The translations under genes and the position numbers were made by a program. Below the pieces are notes generated by a model. It searched no databases. It was not told where the DNA came from and was given only the letters and a program-made list of their open reading frames with translations. Positions 58,852-64,000 of a DNA stretch of 64,000 nucleotides are shown here, one piece after another; within the stretch, counting starts at the first letter, position 1, and each line of letters starts with the position of its first letter. Source of the stretch: an uncultured Clostridia bacterium (GTDB lineage Bacteria > Acidobacteriota > Aminicenantia > JBFLYD01 > JBBIMS01); the NCBI GenBank assembly GCA_964531645.1, contig CAZHEF010000002.1:8171-72170 (forward strand), given 5' to 3'.

Positions 58852-60606
58852 CTAAGACAGAGGAAGTGATGGTATTCTCATTATTACAGTTGTCCCTTTC
58901 CCCTTTTCAGAGATTATATCAAGTTCTCCTTTATGAAATTTTATTATCTTGTAGGTATTGTAAAGTCCGAAAAATTCCTTCTTCTGCTTTTTTGTTGAGA
59001 AAAAAGGCTGGAAGATTCTCTTCTTGGTATCCTCTCCCATGCCTACTCCAGTATCTCTTATTCTGACTTCTACAAAATTGTCAAAATCCTTTGTTTCAAT
59101 TTTAAGAATCCCTTCTCCCTTCATGGCTTCAAAGGAATTTAGAATAACATTGAAGAAAGCCTGGGTCAGAAGTTCTCTATTTCCATAAATCAATTTATTA
59201 TGGTTGAAAATCTTTTCTATTTTAACATCAGAAATGAAAGACCTGCTTTTCAAGTAATTATCGCATGACCGTAGAGCTTCCTCTATAATTTCAGAGCCAT
59301 CGACGTTCTTGAAGACTTCCTTGCTTTCCTCAATAATTCTACAAAAGTTCTCTACAATTTTAATACCAGAATCCACAGCCTTTTTTATTTCATCTATATC
59401 CTTTTTAATTTCAGGAGGGGGGTCTTTAAGAAAAATCAGCTCCATCCTCCCTTTTATAACTGAAAAAATATTGTGGAAATTGTGGGCAACTTCCTCGGAA
59501 ATTTCATCAATAAGCTGAAGTTTCTCTGTCAGAACTATTTTTTCCTGGGCTTCTGTAAGTTCATCGCATGTATTCTTTAACTCTCTGTATAAATAGGCAT
59601 TCTCGATTATTATTTTGAGGATATCCCCGAGAGTTTCCAGAAGAATGACATCCTCCTGATCAAATTCATTTATTCTATTACTTTGAATATTAAGAACTCC
59701 GAGAATCTCTGTTTCTGTCTTTATTGGCACATTTAGTTCTGATTTCGTATGACTCAGATAGGGAGCAATGTAATCAGGGTCTTTTGAAACATCATTTACA
59801 AGAATTGTCCTTCCCTCCCTGAAGCATTTCCCGATAAGTCCTTCCGAAATCTTCTGAACAAAACCTGGTGGAGTTAGACCACTCCATTCTCCAGAACCTT
59901 TTTTGAAAACAAGCCCGTTCTTTTCTTCGTCAAAAATCATTACAGAAACATACGGATATCCGAGAGATTTGTGGACAAGTTCTGTTATATTTTCGAATAA
60001 TTTCTCAGTCTCTTCAATTGGCATTATTTGAGAAACAACATCCCAGAGGAGTTTGAGACGAGTAGAAAAACTCTTTTCCCTTTCAATTGTTTTCTCCTTT
60101 ACCTTTATCCTCTCCTTTTCAAAAGCAGAATACACAAAACATGCACTCGCAATTATAAAAAAGAAGATAAGTCTTGTTGCGAATGCATTCCATGATGATG
60201 GAGATAGCAGATCTTTGAAACAGGCAATAGAGTATAAAGATATTATACCAACAAGGGTTGGAAAAATTTGGCGGGAGTAGAGCAGTATAAAAGAATCGAG
60301 AAACGAAAGGTAATAAAGATGATATAAGGGGCTCTCAATCCCTCCTGTAGAATATATGCCGATGCTCATAACTAACATGTCCATAAAAACAAGAAAAGAA
60401 TTCATCCACTCTCTAAATTTGTTTTTTCTGAGTGCCATGAAAATATAAGTGTTGTAAAAAATCAAAATAATAACGCCTGCGATTATTCCTATATGATTTA
60501 TCTTCTTGAATAAGGGTATGGAAACAAGCATAACCGCTACTACAAAAAATCTGAAATAGACACTATCCTTCTGCCATTTCTTTATTAATTCAAAATCCTT
60601 ATTCAT
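58852..60606 (-). CDS. Sensor histidine kinase with N-terminal TM region and GAF domain
   Basis: ~6 TM helices, a GAF-like region, H-box EVAHNFHNIFSVI and HATPase_c G-boxes (DTGVGMGE). Start chosen at MNKDFE (60606), overlapping the mazG stop. Confidence 0.8.
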   Translation of the reverse strand: MNKDFELIKKWQKDSVYFRFFVVAVMLVSIPLFKKINHIGIIAGVIILIFYNTYIFMALRKNKFREWMNSFLVFMDMLVMSIGIYSTGGIESPLYHLYYLSFLDSFILLYSRQIFPTLVGIISLYSIACFKDLLSPSSWNAFATRLIFFFIIASACFVYSAFEKERIKVKEKTIEREKSFSTRLKLLWDVVSQIMPIEETEKLFENITELVHKSLGYPYVSVMIFDEEKNGLVFKKGSGEWSGLTPPGFVQKISEGLIGKCFREGRTILVNDVSKDPDYIAPYLSHTKSELNVPIKTETEILGVLNIQSNRINEFDQEDVILLETLGDILKIIIENAYLYRELKNTCDELTEAQEKIVLTEKLQLIDEISEEVAHNFHNIFSVIKGRMELIFLKDPPPEIKKDIDEIKKAVDSGIKIVENFCRIIEESKEVFKNVDGSEIIEEALRSCDNYLKSRSFISDVKIEKIFNHNKLIYGNRELLTQAFFNVILNSFEAMKGEGILKIETKDFDNFVEVRIRDTGVGMGEDTKKRIFQPFFSTKKQKKEFFGLYNTYKIIKFHKGELDIISEKGKGTTVIMRIPSLPLS

Positions 60607-61393
60607 TTTCTGCCTCCTTGGATTCCTCCCACAACCTGTCCATTTCTTCAAGATTTGATTCCTTCAAGCTTTTCCCTTCCTCCTTCAATCTTCTTTCAAT
60701 ATATTCAAATCTTCTTTTGAATTTTTCATTGGTTTTTTTCAAAGCAATTTCAGGGTTTATACCCGAAAGACGGGAAAAATTTACAATGGAAAAGAGAATA
60801 TCTCCTATCTCATCCTCAATTTTTTCTTTATCTTTCCTTTCTACAGCCTTCCTAAGCTCTGAAAGCTCCTCTTCAATTTTTGACAGGGCTGATGATGCTG
60901 ATTCAAAATCAAAACCAACCCTTGATACAATTGTTGTTATTTTATAGGCTGAGAGAAGGGAGGGTAGATTTTCCGAGAGATTGGAAAGAAGTCCTTCTCT
61001 TTCGTTTTTTTTAAAGTTTTCCCAGTTTTCAAGAACCTCGTTTGAGGAACCCATTTTCTTTTCTCCGAAAACATGGGGGTGCCTCTCAATTAATTTTTTG
61101 ACTGTGGATTCAATAACATCGTAAAAATCAAACTCTCCTTTTTCTTTTTTTATCTGGCAGATGAATATAACCTGGAGAAGAAAATCTCCAAGCTCCTTTT
61201 TAATCTCATCCTGGTCCCCCCTCTTTATAGCATCAACAAGCTCCCATGCCTCTTCTATTATAAATTCTGTTAAGCTCTCCTCTGTTTGTTCCCTGTCCCA
61301 CTGGCAACCTTCAGGGCTCCTCAATATTTCCATTATTTTTAAAAGTTTTTCTACGGTGGGTAGGCTTTCTATGGCTTCCATATTAGTTTTCAT
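60599..61393 (-). CDS. mazG: Nucleoside triphosphate pyrophosphohydrolase MazG (tandem MazG domains)
   Basis: Two EEAWELVDAI / E-x-x-E-L-G-D-x-L motifs (EEAWELVDAIKRGD...ELGDFLLQV and EELSELRKAV...EIGDILFSIV). Confidence 0.85.
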   Translation of the reverse strand: MKTNMEAIESLPTVEKLLKIMEILRSPEGCQWDREQTEESLTEFIIEEAWELVDAIKRGDQDEIKKELGDFLLQVIFICQIKKEKGEFDFYDVIESTVKKLIERHPHVFGEKKMGSSNEVLENWENFKKNEREGLLSNLSENLPSLLSAYKITTIVSRVGFDFESASSALSKIEEELSELRKAVERKDKEKIEDEIGDILFSIVNFSRLSGINPEIALKKTNEKFKRRFEYIERRLKEEGKSLKESNLEEMDRLWEESKEAENE

Positions 61394-61477
61394 TTCAATA
61401 GAAAATTATAAAACATTTTTAAATTAAAATAAATCAACATATTGACTAAAAGGAAAAAATCTTGAAAAATTAAAATT

Positions 61478-63172
61478 ATGTTAAAGTATTTGAAAATAAA
61501 AAATCTTGCAATTATTGAGGACCTTGAGGTTGAGCTTGAAAAGGGATTTAACATATTCACAGGGGAGACAGGAGCGGGAAAGTCAATAATAATGGATGGA
61601 ATCAGGCTTATATTTGGAGAAAGGGCAGACCCTGATATGGTTAGAACAGGGGAGAAGAAAGCAGAAATCAGTACAGTTATTGAAATTGAGGATGAATCCT
61701 TAAAAAATGAATTTCCATCTTTTCCCTGGGAAAACAATGAAATAATTCTGAGAAGGGAAATCCCTGTTTCAGGCAAGGGTAGAATTTATTTCAATGGTTC
61801 CCCTGTCCCTCTTTCGGTTTTAAAAAGTCTTGGGGAAAAGCTTTTCGATATATTTGGTCAGAATGACCATATTTTTCTCCTTGATACAGGATATCAGCTC
61901 GATTATCTTGACTCTTTCGGGAATCTTACTCCCTTAAGAGATGCGGTAGGGAAAATATGGAATAAACTTCAGGAACTTAAGAAGGAAAAGGAAGAAATTG
62001 AAAAAAAGGAAAGGGAAAGAGCCCAGAGACTCGATTTTCTTGATTATCAAATAAAAGAGATAGAGAGTGCAAATCTTAGAATTGGAGAGGATGAAGAGCT
62101 TGAAAAGGAGCGTTTCAAACTTGTTAATGCTGAAAAAATATTCTCTGATGCAGAATCTGCCCTTGAAATATGTTATTCGGGAGAGCGTTCAATAAGCTCT
62201 CTTCTCAAAATTTTAAGTAAGAAATTGGGAGACCTTTCAAAATTTGAACCCCAATTTTCCAATTATCTAAAAAATATTGAAGAATTCTCTCTTACAACGG
62301 ATGACCTGGGAAGAGCTCTTTCTGAGTTCAGAGATGGAATTGAAGTCAATCCTGCGAAACTCGAAAAAATAGAAGAGAGAATCCATACAATTGAAAAACT
62401 TAAGAAGAAATGGGGTTCGAGCATAAAAGATATTCTTGATTCCCTTGAGTCTGCAAAGAGAGAGAAGGAAACTCTTTTGTCATCTGAGGAGAGGCTTGAG
62501 ACACTGAACAGAGAAATTGAGAATCTTGAGAAAGAATATGAGAGACTCGCTGATGAGCTTTCAAGAAAAAGGGAGGAGAAGGGGAAGATCCTTCAGAAAG
62601 AGATAGAAAAGGAGCTTTCATTTCTTGGAATGGAAAAATCTCGATTTTTCGTGAAACTTGATAGAGTGAGTTCTGAAAAAAGAGGAGCAAATGGGATGGA
62701 CTCTTGCGAATTTTATATCTCTCCTAACCCTGGAGAGGAACCCAGACCCATGAGGAAAATTGCATCAGGAGGAGAACTTTCAAGAATCATGCTTGCAATA
62801 AAATCTGTGGGAAGGGGGAAGGAGAATCCTAAGATTCTGATTTTTGATGAGATCGATTCAGGAATAGGAGGAGCTGTTGCAGAATCTGTTGGTGAAAGAC
62901 TGAAAAAAATTGCAGTCAAGCACCAGGTGATATGTATAACCCACCTCCCCCAGATAGCAAGTTTTGCTGAAAATCATTATAAAATTTATAAAGTTGTGGA
63001 AAAGGGAAGGACCTTTACAAAGCTTGAAGAGCTTGAATGGGAAAACAGGGTCAATGAAATTGCAAGGATGATGGTAGGTGCAAATATAACTGAGACATCT
63101 CTCAAAAATGCAGAGGAGATATTGAAAAGAAAGCTGGGGAAAAATAAAAAGCAAAGCTCGGACATCCAATAG
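61478..63172 (+). CDS. recN: DNA repair protein RecN
   Basis: N-terminal Walker A FTGETGAGKSI, long central coiled-coil, C-terminal signature/Walker B region (SGGELSRIMLA, ILIFDEIDSGIGG). Confidence 0.9.
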   Translation: MLKYLKIKNLAIIEDLEVELEKGFNIFTGETGAGKSIIMDGIRLIFGERADPDMVRTGEKKAEISTVIEIEDESLKNEFPSFPWENNEIILRREIPVSGKGRIYFNGSPVPLSVLKSLGEKLFDIFGQNDHIFLLDTGYQLDYLDSFGNLTPLRDAVGKIWNKLQELKKEKEEIEKKERERAQRLDFLDYQIKEIESANLRIGEDEELEKERFKLVNAEKIFSDAESALEICYSGERSISSLLKILSKKLGDLSKFEPQFSNYLKNIEEFSLTTDDLGRALSEFRDGIEVNPAKLEKIEERIHTIEKLKKKWGSSIKDILDSLESAKREKETLLSSEERLETLNREIENLEKEYERLADELSRKREEKGKILQKEIEKELSFLGMEKSRFFVKLDRVSSEKRGANGMDSCEFYISPNPGEEPRPMRKIASGGELSRIMLAIKSVGRGKENPKILIFDEIDSGIGGAVAESVGERLKKIAVKHQVICITHLPQIASFAENHYKIYKVVEKGRTFTKLEELEWENRVNEIARMMVGANITETSLKNAEEILKRKLGKNKKQSSDIQ

Positions 63173-63574
63173 CTCACAGCTATCAGTAAAGCTCTATTTA
63201 TCCGTCTTGCAAGTCTTGCATGTCTTGCAAATTTAAATTTAAATAAAGTAGCTCCAAGATCTAGCCTAAATTTTGCACAATTTTTGGAAACTCGCACAAA
63301 ATTAAAGGGCTCAATGGAAATTTAAAATTGAAAATTTAAAAATGCAAAGCGGGAGAGAAACCCGTTCATATTATCGTATAATCTTTGAAAACTACAGTTA
63401 ATCAATTTGAAATCTGCAATTTAAAATTTGCATTTTAATTCTGTACTTTATGGCTATGGGCTTAGATAGACAATTTCTGGACAAAACTCGTAGGCATTAT
63501 GCGGAACATGGGCTAGGGCTAATGGGGAGAGGGGTTTGGAAATACTTACAATTGTTTTGAAATCCCATTCTTTT

Positions 63575-63616
63575 GCTTAGCTGTTTGCTGTGAGCTGTCA
63601 GCGGAAAGCTATTAGC
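63575..63616. repeat. AGCT-rich palindromic repeat (GCTTAGCTGTTTGCTGTGAGCTGTCAGCGGAAAGCTATTAGC) 3' of the CdsA-like gene
   Basis: Same AGCTGTCAGC core as at 7451 and 18939. Confidence 0.5.
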
Positions 63617-63641
63617 TTGTCTCGCTTTTATCGCCCATTTA

Positions 63642-64000
63642 TTAAATTATTCTAAAATATCTGAAAGCTGACATTCCAATCCCGCTTATTAGTCCAACGC
63701 CGAAATTATCATCAATTCCAAGAGAGACAAGTTCTGTAAGGGATGCAAGGATTGCACCCAATACAAGAATTTTAATATCAATTTTCATTAATAGAGAAAT
63801 AATGTATCCAGACCCAAGAGAGCCGCTTAAATAGGAGAGAGTTCCTTCAAGGGTCCTCTCTCCCACCAGTTTTTTCCTACCAAATCTCATTCCATATATT
63901 TTTGAAAGCATATCTCCAAAAACAAGAAATGTAAAAGCTAAATAAGATATGTTTCGAGGGAAGATTAGAAAAATTGCAAAGGATGCAAGAAGGAAAAGGG
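63642..64000 (-). CDS. CTP-dependent polyprenol/dolichol kinase or CdsA-like integral membrane protein (3' portion; 5' end outside window)
   Basis: GDMLSKIYGMRFGRKKLV-GERTLEGTLSYLSGSL matches the C-terminal catalytic block of the CdsA/dolichol-kinase (CTP-transferase) family. The frame is open to the window edge. Confidence 0.55.
   Translation of the reverse strand, partial: LFLLASFAIFLIFPRNISYLAFTFLVFGDMLSKIYGMRFGRKKLVGERTLEGTLSYLSGSLGSGYIISLLMKIDIKILVLGAILASLTELVSLGIDDNFGVGLISGIGMSAFRYFRII

Noticed and set aside
1-64000. CRISPR arrays, tRNA/rRNA genes, toxin-antitoxin or restriction-modification systems
   Set aside because: There are no regularly spaced direct repeats and no GC-rich tRNA-like islands in any intergenic region. 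No ORFs carry Cas, HEPN, PIN, methyltransferase or restriction-endonuclease motifs. Absence is by eye only, without covariance-model scans.

Overview
This is a 64 kb AT-rich (~35% GC) chromosomal segment that reads like an anaerobic diderm bacterium, probably an uncultivated lineage. The evidence for diderm and anaerobe is RND/TolC efflux, a TonB-dependent receptor, LolA-like and beta-barrel proteins, ferredoxin oxidoreductases and a butyrate-kinase branch. It is mostly core and housekeeping genes with several accessory islands.

Gene order through the window:
- 3' part of rpoC (5' truncated), then a metallophosphoesterase.
- TCA-type cluster on the minus strand: icd, mdh, fumarate hydratase beta subunit, sucC, sucD.
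- A minus-strand run of GT2, GT4, iorA, iorB, ptb, buk, read as 2-oxoacid to acyl-CoA to acyl-phosphate to acid plus ATP.
- A partly frameshifted beta-barrel-like hypothetical, a PAS hybrid histidine kinase and a sugar nucleotidyltransferase.
- Two small secreted proteins diverging from a three-gene glycosidase operon: secreted hypothetical, GH63-like hydrolase, GH31 hydrolase.
- A frameshifted CPBP (CAAX) protease.
- A TolC-MFP-RND efflux operon.
- ECF sigma, zf-HC2 anti-sigma and a bactofilin-like membrane protein, next to a LolA-like protein.
- A gene-decay island holding an NHL-propeller pseudogene and a sigma-54 activator fragment.
- A cobalamin-riboswitch-controlled uptake locus: TonB receptor, two BtuF-like binding proteins, FecCD permease, ABC ATPase. 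A truncated transposase fragment and MITE-like remnant sit beside it.
- LtaS-like sulfatase, moaC, Fe/Mn superoxide dismutase and a ferritin-like VIT1 fusion.
- glnA, then two tandem GT-C membrane glycosyltransferases (DUF2723-like and GT39-like).
- A pair of M16 peptidases, a tRNA-binding CsaA-like protein, a GAF histidine kinase, mazG, recN and a 5'-truncated CdsA/dolichol-kinase-like gene at the right edge.

I found no CRISPR array, tRNA, rRNA or recognisable defence system. Unexplained structure is confined to two families of short palindromic intergenic repeats, an IS remnant present in two copies, homopolymer-associated frameshifts, and two small GC-richer non-coding islands. All functional calls are from reading motifs in the translations by eye; no database search was possible.
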